A DNA stretch of 64,000 nucleotides from an uncultured Acidimicrobiia bacterium (GCA_963836205.1 CAWIIV010000020.1:64001-128000), one strand, 5' to 3'. Shown: positions 1 to 10,450, counted from the stretch's first letter. Translations and numbers: made by a program. Notes: a model not told the origin generated them from the letters alone.

Positions 1-483
1 TCGAACCTCGGTCGCACCGCGCTGGCGGTGGCCGCGGCCGCAGGCGTGGCCGGCCTGCTCACCTACACCCCGCCGCAGACCGAGTTGCAGACGGCGAGCC
101 CGACCCCGGACCGGGCTCGGCCGATCGTGTCCGGCCCCTTCACCGCCACCCCCGCCTCGGTGCCGTTCCCGGTGGACGCGGCTCCGGTCACCACCGCGAC
201 CACCGCCGCCCCGGCCATCGTCCCCCCGGCCGTCCCGCCTGTCACCGAGCCCCCGCCGCCCCCGCCCACCGAGGTGGCACCGGAGCCTGCGCCCCCGCCG
301 GACGTTCCTCCGCCCGCTCCTCGGGCCACATACGCCCCGACCTACACGTACACCGAGCCCGAGCCGGAGCCGGAAGCCGCCCCGCCGGACGACTCCGGCG
401 ACAACTGCGCCAACTTCGGCGACCTGCTCACCCTCCTCGACGACCCCGAGTTGCGGACAGCCGTCTCCACCGTCGGATGCTGA
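1..483 (+). CDS. Pro/Thr/Ala-rich protein, probably 5'-truncated by the window edge
   Basis: Low-complexity P/T/A-rich ORF with a hydrophobic stretch near the window start; stop at 481-483. Confidence 0.5.
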   Translation, partial: SNLGRTALAVAAAAGVAGLLTYTPPQTELQTASPTPDRARPIVSGPFTATPASVPFPVDAAPVTTATTAAPAIVPPAVPPVTEPPPPPPTEVAPEPAPPPDVPPPAPRATYAPTYTYTEPEPEPEAAPPDDSGDNCANFGDLLTLLDDPELRTAVSTVGC

Positions 484-552
484 CCCCGACTCGTCGGTGG
501 GCCCGGTCACCTGAGCTGGGCGAGGAGCTCGTTTGCCGGGTCGCCGAGGGCC

Positions 553-2016
553 TCAGCCGCCGCGCAGGAGGCCGTCGAGGACCAGAACGGGCCCGACCAG
601 GAACATCATGTACAGCGCGAACGCGATCCCGGTCATGGCCACGGAGATGCCGAGCATGAGGGCGTAGAACAGCACCACCAGCGGCCCGCCGACCAGCACG
701 AGCACCACCTTGGCGCCCGCGCCCAGACGACGAGGGCCCTCGTCGAACTCGACGGTCGCACCCAGAGCACGCAGGTGGGCGAGGCGGCGGCCCATCTTCG
801 GCTGGAAGCCGGCGAGCGGGGAATCGTGCTTCGGGTCGGCTGGCTCCGACGCCTGGGGCCCGACCACGAACAGGTGGGCCACCGACTCGGTACCGGGGAG
901 GACGCCGCCGCACTCGGTCAGAGCGACCAGGCCCGCGGCCAGGCCGTCCGGGTAGCGGGTCAGCTCCACCGCGGAGGCGTCGGCCAGCGCCGACCGAGCC
1001 CGCCACGCCCGCCGGACGAGCGGGTTCACCAGGAACAACGAGAAGAGAAGCTGGTTCATCACGAACGCCAGCTGGGCCGCCATCAGCGGCAGCAGCAGCA
1101 CGCTCAGGCACCCCTTGGCCTCGACCGTCTCGCCCCCGCCGCCGCCTTGGGCCTGGAGCAGGGCCAGGGCCACCTCCTTCGCCTGCTCCGGGTTCTGGGC
1201 GGCGGCCCGGGGGCGGGCGAGCAACCGGAGGGTGGGCCCGAGCGCCCGGCGGGCCCGACGGTCGGTGGGGGCGGTCAGCACCGCCGAGCACAGGCCGAGC
1301 GTGTAAGAGAGGCTGGCGATGGTGCGGGCGATGGCCAGGTCGCCGTTGCCGATCCGACCCACCAGATGGGCGACGACCCCTTGCGTCTCCTCCCGACCGA
1401 GCCCGTCGAGCAGTCCTCGCGAAACGACCACCGCCGCATCGTCCGGGGAGGTGCCGGTGACGGCGGCGTTGGCGACGGGTGAGTCGACCACGTGGACGCT
1501 CGGCGGCGGTAGACCACCCGCCAGGGCGATCTCGGCCACCACGTTCACCAACTGGCGCTCCTCCAGGTCACCCGGGCGGGGCGGGCGGGCGCCCATGGCC
1601 AGCAGCTCGGCAGGCGTGCCCGCGTGCCGGAACAGGCGACGGACGGCCACCCAACAGCCGGTCAGCGCCACCGCGCCCGGCACGACCAGGACGACCACCA
1701 GGGTGATGACGAGCCGAGGGACGTCGTCCACCTGGTTGCCATCCATCGCGACGCGGAAGGGGCGGAGGAGGTCGGGCGTGTGGACCACCAGGTTGGCCAG
1801 GTCGTTGAGGATGACGACCACGGCCACGAGGAGCGGGGAGAGGGCGGCGCTGAGGGGGATGCCGATGACGGCAACTGCGGCCGCGCACGCCACGCTCCAT
1901 CGCCAACTGGCGCGCCGGTGGCGGCGCTGGGCGCGGTCGAAACTCTCACGGTCGACCGGACCCGGTACCGCCCGCCACTCACTCGCCGGCTGGCGGTCGG
2001 AGTCGTCCATGACCAA
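553..2016 (-). CDS. HtpX/M48-like membrane protein with degenerate zinc motifs
   Basis: ERQLVNVVAEIALAGGLPPP..VANAAVTG..SRGLLDGL..QGVVAH and LADASAVELTRYPDGL resemble HtpX; several TM segments; HExxH reads HLVGR. Confidence 0.75.
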   Translation of the reverse strand: MVMDDSDRQPASEWRAVPGPVDRESFDRAQRRHRRASWRWSVACAAAVAVIGIPLSAALSPLLVAVVVILNDLANLVVHTPDLLRPFRVAMDGNQVDDVPRLVITLVVVLVVPGAVALTGCWVAVRRLFRHAGTPAELLAMGARPPRPGDLEERQLVNVVAEIALAGGLPPPSVHVVDSPVANAAVTGTSPDDAAVVVSRGLLDGLGREETQGVVAHLVGRIGNGDLAIARTIASLSYTLGLCSAVLTAPTDRRARRALGPTLRLLARPRAAAQNPEQAKEVALALLQAQGGGGGETVEAKGCLSVLLLPLMAAQLAFVMNQLLFSLFLVNPLVRRAWRARSALADASAVELTRYPDGLAAGLVALTECGGVLPGTESVAHLFVVGPQASEPADPKHDSPLAGFQPKMGRRLAHLRALGATVEFDEGPRRLGAGAKVVLVLVGGPLVVLFYALMLGISVAMTGIAFALYMMFLVGPVLVLDGLLRGG

Positions 2017-2159
2017 ACCGTGCCACGCCGAGTTGCAGCGCGCGGGATCGAAAGAGTCGTACTACCACGACCCCGAAGTGGGGCTCCCACCATCGACCCC
2101 GAACCGCCCATCGCATTTGCTACGTACCACCAGCAATTCCGAAAAACAGGAGATGCGTC

Positions 2160-3551
2160 ATGGGCAACGGGACTTCGAACGACCGGCAGCGGGCAGTCGT
2201 GATCGGCGCCAGCATGGCCGGACTGAGCGCGGCCGCCGTGCTCGCCAGCCGGTTCGACAACGTCGTCCTCGTCGACCGCGACGCGCTCCCCGAGACACCC
2301 GCCGACCGCCGGGGTGTGCCGCAGGGGCGCCACGCCCACGGGCTTCTGCCCGCCGGCCTCAAGCGCATCGAAGGTTGGTTCCCCGGCTACAACGACGCCC
2401 TGGTGGCCGACGGTGCCCTCCAACTCGACTTCGCCGACGACATCCTCTGGGTCCACCCCGATGGCGCACGGGTCCAGTTCGAGTCGGGTGTGACCGGGCC
2501 GGTCTGCTCGCGAGCCCTGATCGAGCACCACCTGCGGCGGCGGGTGCTGGCCCTGCCCAACGTCAGCGTCCGCAGCGGCTCGGGGGTGACGGGCCTCACC
2601 TCGACCCCTGATGGGCGCACCGTCACCGGCGTCACGTTGGAGGACGGGTCCAACCTGCCCGCCGACCTCGTGGTCGACGCCTCCGGGCGAGCCGGGCGAT
2701 CGGTGCCGTCGTTGGCGGCGATGGGCTACGACGAGCCGCCGATGTCGGTCGTCACCATCGACATGAGCTACGCCAGCCGGGTCTTCCGCCGCCGCCCCGG
2801 CGTGGAGCAGACCTGGGAGGGCACCCTCGTCGTGGCCCCTCCGCCCAGCGGCCGCCAGGGTGTCGTCCTCCCCCTGGAGGGTGACCGGTGGATGGTCACG
2901 CTCGCCGGCTTCCACGGCGACCACCCGCCCCGCGACGCGGCCGGGTTCCTCGCCTTCGCCCGCGACCTTCCCTCGCCCGCCGTGGCCGAGGTGATCGAGA
3001 CGTGCGAGCCGCTCGGTGAGATCGTCACCCACCGACTCCCGTCGAACCAGCGCCGCCACGTCGAGAAGCTGCGCCGGGTCCCCGGTGGACTGGTGATGGT
3101 GGGCGACTCGGTGTGCAGCTTCAACCCCGTCTACGGCCAGGGGATGTCGAGCGCCACCCTTCAGGCCGAGGCCCTCGGTGAGGCCCTCGACGACATGTCC
3201 ACGCTCGACGAGCGCTTCGTCCGGAAGTTCTACCGCCGGACGGCCAAGGCGATCACGCCCGTGTGGCAGATGTCGACCGGCGCCGACTTCTCCCTGCCCG
3301 AGACGCGCGGCCCGAAGGCCCCCGGCACCGACGCCATCAACCGCTACATGGCCAAGGTCCTGCGGGCGTCCCGGGTCTCGGAGGAGGTCTGCCTCCGGCT
3401 GGTCGAGGTGACCACGCTTCTCCGCCCGCCGTTCGCCCTCATGACCCCCGCCATGATCATGAAGGTCCGGCGAGCTGCTCGAATCGAGGTCCCCCCGGCG
3501 CTCGTCGTCGACCGCCAGGAGGCGGAGCCCCAACACCGCAAGGTCGCCTGA
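2160..3551 (+). CDS. FAD-dependent oxidoreductase/monooxygenase
   Basis: VVIGASMAGL Rossmann motif, RRGVPQGRHAH, DLVVDASGR, MVGDSVCSFNPVYGQGMS. Confidence 0.9.
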   Translation: MGNGTSNDRQRAVVIGASMAGLSAAAVLASRFDNVVLVDRDALPETPADRRGVPQGRHAHGLLPAGLKRIEGWFPGYNDALVADGALQLDFADDILWVHPDGARVQFESGVTGPVCSRALIEHHLRRRVLALPNVSVRSGSGVTGLTSTPDGRTVTGVTLEDGSNLPADLVVDASGRAGRSVPSLAAMGYDEPPMSVVTIDMSYASRVFRRRPGVEQTWEGTLVVAPPPSGRQGVVLPLEGDRWMVTLAGFHGDHPPRDAAGFLAFARDLPSPAVAEVIETCEPLGEIVTHRLPSNQRRHVEKLRRVPGGLVMVGDSVCSFNPVYGQGMSSATLQAEALGEALDDMSTLDERFVRKFYRRTAKAITPVWQMSTGADFSLPETRGPKAPGTDAINRYMAKVLRASRVSEEVCLRLVEVTTLLRPPFALMTPAMIMKVRRAARIEVPPALVVDRQEAEPQHRKVA

Positions 3552-3614
3552 TCGCACCGGCCGCGGAGGCCGGCAGTCGTCATCATCGAGTGCTTCTGTC
3601 GCATCATGGTATGA

Positions 3615-4513
3615 ACGCCCTTCGAGGATGTCATCCGGGCCAACCTCGACGCCGGCCGGCCCGACCAGGTGTCGCTCACCTTCGGGCGACGGATCCCAAG
3701 CCGACGCTGAAGCGATTCCGGTTCCGGACCAGAGTTCTCACCGAGGGGGTCATCCCGTCGGTCCACGTCGACTACAAGCACTCCCGGATCAAGCAGTACT
3801 TCAAGAAGGAGATCGCCCTTCGCACGGAGACGACCGTCAACGACACCCGCGACTTCGGGATCGGCAAGCGGCTGACCAACCTGCCCGCCCTGCGGCAGGT
3901 CGGCTTCCCCGCCAACCGGCGCCTCCTCCAGGTGCAACGAACCAGCAGCGACCCCATCCTCGGAGCCGACACCTACAACCGCGTCGCCTACCCGTCCACG
4001 TCGAGGGCCAGCGCGTCCCCGCCCGCGCTTCGACCACCCCGTCACCCAGGCCCTGTTCGGCGCGCTCGTCGTCTGCCACCTGCTGCCCACCGGTTTCGCC
4101 AACCGCGACCTGCGAGGCTTGCTCGCACCCCTGCTCGGCGTCCCCGCCGAGACCATGACCCCGGGCCGCATGACCTATCACCTGCGCCGGCTCCGCCTCC
4201 ACGGGCTCATCGAGCGGATCCCCCACACCCACCGCTACACCGTCAACGACTTCGGCCTCAACGCCGCCGTCGTGCTGCACCGCGCCCATGCCCGGTTCAC
4301 CGCCACCGCCATGGCCGACCTGGCCACCAACCCCAGGGGCGACCCCGACGGCAAGCTCCGACGCGCCATCGCCAACCTCGACCGCGAGCTCGACCGGATA
4401 GCCAAGCAGTCCGGCTTCACCCTCAGTCCCGCGGCCTGACCCAACTCGGTCCGAGGGAATCGGTCTCAGAACTTGACTCACCGACGACAGAACATGGAGG
4501 TCAAGCTTCCTAG
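3615..4513 (+). mobile_element. 5'-truncated, frameshifted transposase-like gene of an unclassified family, with a putative right end
   Basis: Fragments in three frames: FEDVIRANLDAGRPDQVSLTF / FRTRVLTEGVIPSVHVDYKHSRIKQYFK..LRTETTVNDTRDFGIGKRL / MTYHLRRLRLHGLIERIPHTHRY (wHTH-like), stop 4439; CTTGAC..GTCAAG inverted pair at 4472-4505, then CTAG. Confidence 0.6.
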
Positions 4514-4556
4514 TTCACCGCGGACTCGGCCACCGGCGGCCGCAAATCGCTGACCG

Positions 4557-6025
4557 TCAGCGGGCCTGCGACCCGTCCTCCCGAGCCCAGGCGACGACGA
4601 GGTCACCGATCTGGTTGCCGGCGCCCAGCGACACCGAGTCGTAGCGCCAGTGGATGCCCCCGAGCAGCCGTGACTCGGCCTGGTCCGTGGCCCGCTGCTC
4701 GAACGTGGCCGCGTCGGCGGGGAAGAGGTAGGTCATGACCGCCTGCGCCGCGCCGGCATATCCGGCGCTGCCCGAGGGGTAGGCGGGGAACAGCGGCGTG
4801 CCGAGCAACGGCGTCCAGTCCGGGTCGAGGCCCAGGTCGCGGATGGCGTTGATCGGACGGGGGCTCCAGTAGGTGTACTTGGCGTCCCACGCCGATATGC
4901 CGGCGTCGGCCAGGGCGATGGTGACGAGGGTGACCGCCCGCACCGCGTCGGGCACGCTCAGCCCGCCCGCCTCGATTTCGGCGGTGGCCGCCTTCAGCAC
5001 GTCGGCCGCGTTCACTTCGAGGGTGATGCCTCCGGGGAGCTTCGTCCCCTGGCCACCCTCGTAGAACCGGGCCAGCGCAGCCTGGTCGGGGGTGAGGTTG
5101 GTGCGGATGTCGATCAGCTTCCTGGGCCGCGGCGACGAAGTCGGGGGACCCGTAGACAGGCGGGGGCGGCGGCCGGAACATGCTGTTGGACGTCATCACC
5201 CACGCCTTCCAGGTGCCGGCGGCGGGGTCGACGGGCGGGGACACGCTGCCGGGCGGGGGCTCCCAGAACTCCGGGCCGCCTCCGATCCCGGAGGGACGCC
5301 GACCGTCCCATGGCGTGCCCGCGCCGTCGGTGCGGGCGTGGTCGATCCACCGGTCGGCCACCTCCCGGCCGAGCTCCAGGCCGGCGGCGACGTCGCTCGG
5401 CGTGTTGACACCGGCCTGCACCCGGGACCGGGCCGCCTGCTCCGCGGTCTCGTCGAGGCGCAGCGCCGACTCGCTCGGGTAGAGGTGGGCCAGGATCCTT
5501 GACGCGGCCCCGGCGATGGCCGCGTGTTCCGACGGGTAGGACGGGTCGGCCCCGGCCGGGATCACCGGGTCGGAACCGGTCGGAGGCATCACGTCGTACT
5601 GGTGCTTCCAGTAGTAGGCGGAGACCATGGCGTCGTACATCGCCCCGTGGACGAGGGCGTAGTTGCGGGTCGACAGGGGCGGGTTCTTGACCTGGTTGGA
5701 GACGAAGGTGAAGGCCGTCGTCATCCACGGCTCGGTCGGCATCGGACCGCTCCACCTGTGGACGGCCTCCACGATCGCCGGCGTGCGCTCGCCCGACGAG
5801 CCGCCTGACCTCGGCCAGGTCGGCCTCGGCCCGGTCCGAACCCGATTCCGGCGGTGGGGGGACGGCGATCGCCGACGACGAGACGACCCAGGTCCTCCAG
5901 CTCCCGATGCTGGGCTCGGCCACCGAACGCTCGTCGTCGTCACCGCCGCAGGCGGCCATGGCGCCAGCGAGCAGGAGACAGGAAACGAGTCCCGCCGTCC
6001 ACCGCAGCCGACCGGTCCCGGGCAT
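4557..6025 (-). CDS. Lipoprotein with tandem PAP2/vanadium haloperoxidase-like domains (frameshifts near 5790 and 5115)
   Basis: Lipobox AMAAC; domain 1 WKHQY..PSYPSEHAA..SRVQAGVN; domain 2 WDAKYTYWSPRP..PAYPSGS..SRLLGGIHWRYD. Confidence 0.8.
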
Positions 6026-6153
6026 GGACGGGAGCGTAGGAGAACGGGGCTCGGCCCGCGGTGGTAGCCGCGCTCCACCGCGGCGCAATCCAAGTGGAGG
6101 TCTTGGCCGTATCTCAGCCGGCAACCGCTCGGGCGAGACAAGAGGAGAGCTGG

Positions 6154-7086
6154 ATGACCCTTCGACGGACTGCTGCGGTCGTGTGCATCCTTGCGCTCAG
6201 CGCCATCGTGGACGCCGCGCCCACGGCCGCTGCCCCAAAGGACCGAGCCGCGCCCAAGGCGCCGACCAACCTCCGCATCACCGCGTCGACGGCCACCAGC
6301 GTCACGCTGGCCTGGAACGCATCGACCGACAACTCGTCGAACTGGTGGTACTGCGTGCAGAACGGTGGCGCCGGATGCATCCGGGTCGATCCGCCGCAGA
6401 CCACGCTGACGCGCACGCAGCTCCTCCCCGACCGCACGTTCTCGTTCTCCGTCTATGCCATCGACGCGGTAGGCAACCGATCCGCGAACAGCAACACCGT
6501 CACCTACACGACACCGCCCGATACGACGCCGCCCAGCCCGCCACCGGCGCTGTCGCTCACAGCCGTCCACCCCGTGCGCATCTCGGTGGCGTGGACGGCG
6601 TCGACCGACAACCTGAGCCAGGTCTGGAACACGCTGTACATGAACGACTCTCCTGTGTTTCCCGACCAGATCGGGCTTCGGTCGGCGACGCTCTTCTACC
6701 TCACCCCCTCGACCACGTACGTGTTCAAGGTGACGGCCCGGGACGCGTCGGGCAACACGGTCACCAGCAACATCCTGTCGGTGACGACCCCGGCGGCGAC
6801 CGACGTCGTCGCGCCGACGGCGCCGACCAACCTCACGTTGTCGCCGGAGACCTCTTCGCCCGAGATCTGGCTGGACTGGACCCCGTCGAGCGACAACGTG
6901 GACCCGCAGTCGCAGATCCTGTACGAGATCTACCAGAACGGGGTGCGCACGACCGACGGGGGCATCGGCGCCGCCGAGGGGATCACCTTCTGCCGGTTCA
7001 CCGGGCCGATCGAGGTCGTCCTCCGCGCCGTCGACACGTCCGGGAACCGGTCAGGGCCGAGCAACGCCATCATGTTCGTCTGCTGA
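6154..7086 (+). CDS. Secreted fibronectin type III repeat protein
   Basis: Signal peptide; three FN3-like units (APTNLRIT..VTLAWNASTDN..FSVYAIDAVGNRS). Confidence 0.85.
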   Translation: MTLRRTAAVVCILALSAIVDAAPTAAAPKDRAAPKAPTNLRITASTATSVTLAWNASTDNSSNWWYCVQNGGAGCIRVDPPQTTLTRTQLLPDRTFSFSVYAIDAVGNRSANSNTVTYTTPPDTTPPSPPPALSLTAVHPVRISVAWTASTDNLSQVWNTLYMNDSPVFPDQIGLRSATLFYLTPSTTYVFKVTARDASGNTVTSNILSVTTPAATDVVAPTAPTNLTLSPETSSPEIWLDWTPSSDNVDPQSQILYEIYQNGVRTTDGGIGAAEGITFCRFTGPIEVVLRAVDTSGNRSGPSNAIMFVC

Positions 7087-7132
7087 CGGCTGGGTTGGCC
7101 GGAGGACGTCCCCCCCTCGACGGTGGAGGGTC

Positions 7133-8125
7133 TCACGACATCTGCAACGGGCGGCCGCCGCGGGAGGGGACCGCGGTGAGGAACTTCGGGACGCGCCCGC
7201 CGGGCCAGACTGACGTGACCGCGGCTCGGACCGGGCTCAGACGGTCGACGGGGACCAGCGCGGTGAGGCAGCCGCCGGGCAGCGTGCCCGCGCCCAGCGC
7301 GCCGGCGGCACAGGCGGCGTCGGCCACCGCCTGCACCACCGAGTCGCCCGCCAACGACCTCGCCCGGCCGAGCATGGGGCCGAGGCCGGCCACGTCGCCC
7401 TGCCGAAGCACATCCACCGCGGCCAGCGCCAGGTCAGCCGCACCCGCGACCGGATCGCTCGCGACCACCTTGCCCACGTCGATGATCACGAGCCGCAGTC
7501 CGGCACCGGCCAGGTCGAACGGCAGCGGCTCCAGCGTCATCTCCTGCCGGTCGACCAACAGGGCCGTGCCGTCGGGTGCGGAGGAGGCGGCCAATTGCGC
7601 GGCGAGGTCGCCCAACGGCGCCCGTTGGGCCAGGGTCAGCTCGGCCCCGAACAGCTGGGCGAGGGCGGATGCGACCACCGCCGCCAGCGCGATTTCGGAC
7701 TGCATCCCGGCTCCCTCGGGCAACGCCGTGCCGACGAGCAGCGACATGCCGCCCAGGGGGTGACCGGCTGCCCTCGCCGCCGACACCACGGCCAGCGGGC
7801 AGGCGGCCCAGGCGGGCAGGTCGTCGTCGAGCTCGTCGAGGGGCCGGATGAGCTCCTTCCCCGCCTGGCTGCCCGAGCGGAGCTCGATCCTGCCGTCGGA
7901 CCGGGTGGCCGCGGCCACGGTGGCCCCCCACTTCATGGGCATGGCCAGGGCGAAACGGTCGTCGAGCTCCCCGAACACGGTCAGGCCGCCGGCACCGAAG
8001 GTCATCAGCGTCGCCTTGTGCCCGAAGACCTGTTCGTAGAGGAAGGCGGTGAGACGAAGCTCGGGGTCGGCGTCGGAACGGAAGGCGAGGTCGACGGTGT
8101 CGGCGATACCGGTCGGCGCCGGCAT
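7133..8125 (-). CDS. Galactokinase-like (GHMP) protein with degenerate motifs; last gene of PKS operon
   Basis: GGLTVFGE, WAACPLAVV, LPEGAGMQSE, AAGALGA; start overlaps glycosyltransferase stop. Confidence 0.65.
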   Translation of the reverse strand: MPAPTGIADTVDLAFRSDADPELRLTAFLYEQVFGHKATLMTFGAGGLTVFGELDDRFALAMPMKWGATVAAATRSDGRIELRSGSQAGKELIRPLDELDDDLPAWAACPLAVVSAARAAGHPLGGMSLLVGTALPEGAGMQSEIALAAVVASALAQLFGAELTLAQRAPLGDLAAQLAASSAPDGTALLVDRQEMTLEPLPFDLAGAGLRLVIIDVGKVVASDPVAGAADLALAAVDVLRQGDVAGLGPMLGRARSLAGDSVVQAVADAACAAGALGAGTLPGGCLTALVPVDRLSPVRAAVTSVWPGGRVPKFLTAVPSRGGRPLQMS

Positions 8126-9285
8126 CACGCCACCAAGCCTTCCAACCGGTCGGCCGCCGTCGCCGCGCCCCCGGCCTGGACGAACGATCGGCTGATGCGC
8201 TCCGCCGCCTGCCGGTAGGACGGGACGTCGAGCACGGTGCTCACCGCGTCGCGCAGCTCGTGGGCCCGCAACCGGCTGAACCGCACCCGGATACCTGCCC
8301 CCGCGGCCTCGATCTGCTGGGCCACGACCGGTTGGTCGTCGCGTATCGGCGCCACCACCTGGGGCAGCCCGTGGGCCAGGGCCTCGACCACCGTGTTGTG
8401 CCCGGCATGGGAGACCACCGCGTCCACGTGGGGCAGGAGCTCGAGTTGGGGCACCCAGTCGGCGACGATCGAACCCTCCGGCGCATTGTCGACCGTGCCC
8501 GTAGGCGCCACCATGATCAGCTGGGCGAGGTCACCGAGCGCCTCGGCCGCGAGGCCGAAGAAGCGCTTGCCGGACTCGCCGTTCAGGCTGCCGAGCGACA
8601 CGAGGACGGCGCGGCGGTCGCCGTCGAGCCGGTCCCACGGGAATGGGCCCGACGGAGGCCGAGTCGTCATCGCCGGCCCGGTGAACGCGTAATGGTCGGG
8701 AAAGGTCATGTCCGACCCGACCAGGTCCGCGGTCGTGAAGCACAGGACGAGTCGATCGGAAAAGCGCAGGTCAACCGCATCGACCAGGCCCACGTCCCGT
8801 TGGAACTCGACTTGGAGCTGACGGATCCACTCCTCCACCTTGGGCAGGTTGCGCAAGGAATGGGCCAGCTCGGCCGAGGTGGTGGCCGACGTGACCCACG
8901 GCACCCCTGCCCGCCGCGCCGCCACCGGCCCGGCGAGGGCCTGCTGATCGGAGATCACGACGTCGGGACGGAACTCGGCGATCGCCCCGTCGACGCCCGG
9001 GAGCATGGCCCGCCCGAGGGGCAGGACGAACTCCTGCCAGAAGAACTTCAGGGCGACCACGCCCTTCAGCTCCTGCCACGCCGACCGGAGGTTCACCAGC
9101 TCGGCGTCGAGGTCGTCGTCGGACGCCCGGTAGACCCGCGAACCGTCGGGAAGCAACGACCCGAGGGCCCCGCCGTGACCGGCCCACGCCACCTCGTGGC
9201 CCCGCCGCTCCAGCTGCTCGGCGACCGCGAGCGTGGGATTGATGTGACCGACGAGCGGCGGGACGACGAAGAGGTAGCGGCTCAT
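8125..9285 (-). CDS. GT1/MGT-family glycosyltransferase
   Basis: MSRYLFVVPPLVGHINP and WVPQLELLPHVDAVVSHAGHNTVVEALAHGLPQVVAPIRDDQP signature. Confidence 0.93.
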   Translation of the reverse strand: MSRYLFVVPPLVGHINPTLAVAEQLERRGHEVAWAGHGGALGSLLPDGSRVYRASDDDLDAELVNLRSAWQELKGVVALKFFWQEFVLPLGRAMLPGVDGAIAEFRPDVVISDQQALAGPVAARRAGVPWVTSATTSAELAHSLRNLPKVEEWIRQLQVEFQRDVGLVDAVDLRFSDRLVLCFTTADLVGSDMTFPDHYAFTGPAMTTRPPSGPFPWDRLDGDRRAVLVSLGSLNGESGKRFFGLAAEALGDLAQLIMVAPTGTVDNAPEGSIVADWVPQLELLPHVDAVVSHAGHNTVVEALAHGLPQVVAPIRDDQPVVAQQIEAAGAGIRVRFSRLRAHELRDAVSTVLDVPSYRQAAERISRSFVQAGGAATAADRLEGLVA

Positions 9286-10125
9286 CCCGCGGCCAGCAGT
9301 GCCGGCGTCAGTGCTCCGAGGTCGGCCCGCTCCTGCCAACAGGCCGCCAGCCACTCGAGGGCGCAGTCCCGCAGGTCGTCGGTTGCCTCGCTCAACACGG
9401 TGTGGGCCAGCCCCGGAAAGATCGCCAGGGTGAGGTCGCCCACGCTCGCCCGCAGGACGTCGACCGCCCCGATCAGCTCCGACGCCTCGCCGTAGACGGC
9501 GAGTACCGGGCACTGGATACGCCGCAGGTCGTCGGGCTCGATCGAGCCACCGCACGCCAGGTCGTTCACGATCGTGGTCCCGTTGAGGAGGGCGTCGGAC
9601 GTACGCAGGAACCGCACGAACTTGCGCTCCCGCAGCTTGAACGCGTGCTGCGGGCAGGTCGTCGCGCTCGAGCCGCATAGCCCCCGTGGTGAGGGTGTTG
9701 GCCATGTCCTCCGCCCATGGGGACCCGCCGACGGTGTTGTAGTGGCCTTCCACCAGGATGATTCCGGCCACCCGGTCGGGATGGGTCATGGCCATGCGGG
9801 CGGCCACGACCGCGCCGTAGGAGTTCCCCAGCAGGTAGACGGGGTGGTCGATCCCGCAGGCGTCGAGCAGGGCGGCCAGGTCGGCGACGCTGTCGTCGGG
9901 GCTGTAGCCCGTGGGCGGCCGCTCCGACCGGCCGTGGCCCCGCAGGTCGTAGAGGAACGCCTCCGCCCCCGCGTCCATCACCGGTCCCGCGAGCGTGTAG
10001 TAGAAGCTCGACAGGTTGTCGATGATCAGCCCGTGGACGAACACCACCGTCGTCCGGGGAATGGCGTGCTTGGGCACGAGGCGCTGCACGTGGAACTTGA
10101 CCCCGTTGGCGACGACGTCAGCCAT
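9282..10125 (-). CDS. Alpha/beta hydrolase (thioesterase-like), frameshift near 9655
   Basis: VFVHGL, YDLRGHGRS, GNSYG nucleophile elbow; C-terminus IQCPVLAVYG..GLAHTV in a second frame. Confidence 0.85.
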
Positions 10126-10450
10126 GGTTCTCTCCCCCACTCTCGGTTTCGGGCTCGATGCACTGGTGGATGTGGGTGACGAGACGGCCGACGGTCATGG
10201 AGACGATCTCCTCCAGCTCCATGGCGCCGACGAAGCCGACGAAGTCGACCCTGTCGCCGTAGCGCTCCCGGAGCTTCTCGGCCAGGGCGACGAACTCGAT
10301 GCTCTCCACCGCCAGGTCGTCGTTGAAGCTGGTGTCGGACGTGACCTCGACGTCGAGCAGGAAGTCCTCGCCGATGACCTCGACGAGGATGGCCACCACC
10401 TCGTCGAGAATCGAGTCCTCCGTGGTCTTCGTGCCGGGGGACTTGGTCAT
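10118..10450 (-). CDS. Stand-alone acyl carrier protein
   Basis: DTSFNDDLAVESIEFVALAEKL phosphopantetheine-Ser motif; acidic, 110 aa; overlaps both neighbours. Confidence 0.88.
   Translation of the reverse strand: MTKSPGTKTTEDSILDEVVAILVEVIGEDFLLDVEVTSDTSFNDDLAVESIEFVALAEKLRERYGDRVDFVGFVGAMELEEIVSMTVGRLVTHIHQCIEPETESGGENHG

Noticed and set aside
8125-10140. Hydrolase-glycosyltransferase fusion (671 aa)
   Set aside because: The true hydrolase C-terminus is in another frame and stops at 9282, overlapping the GT ATG; the fusion comes from a frameshift.
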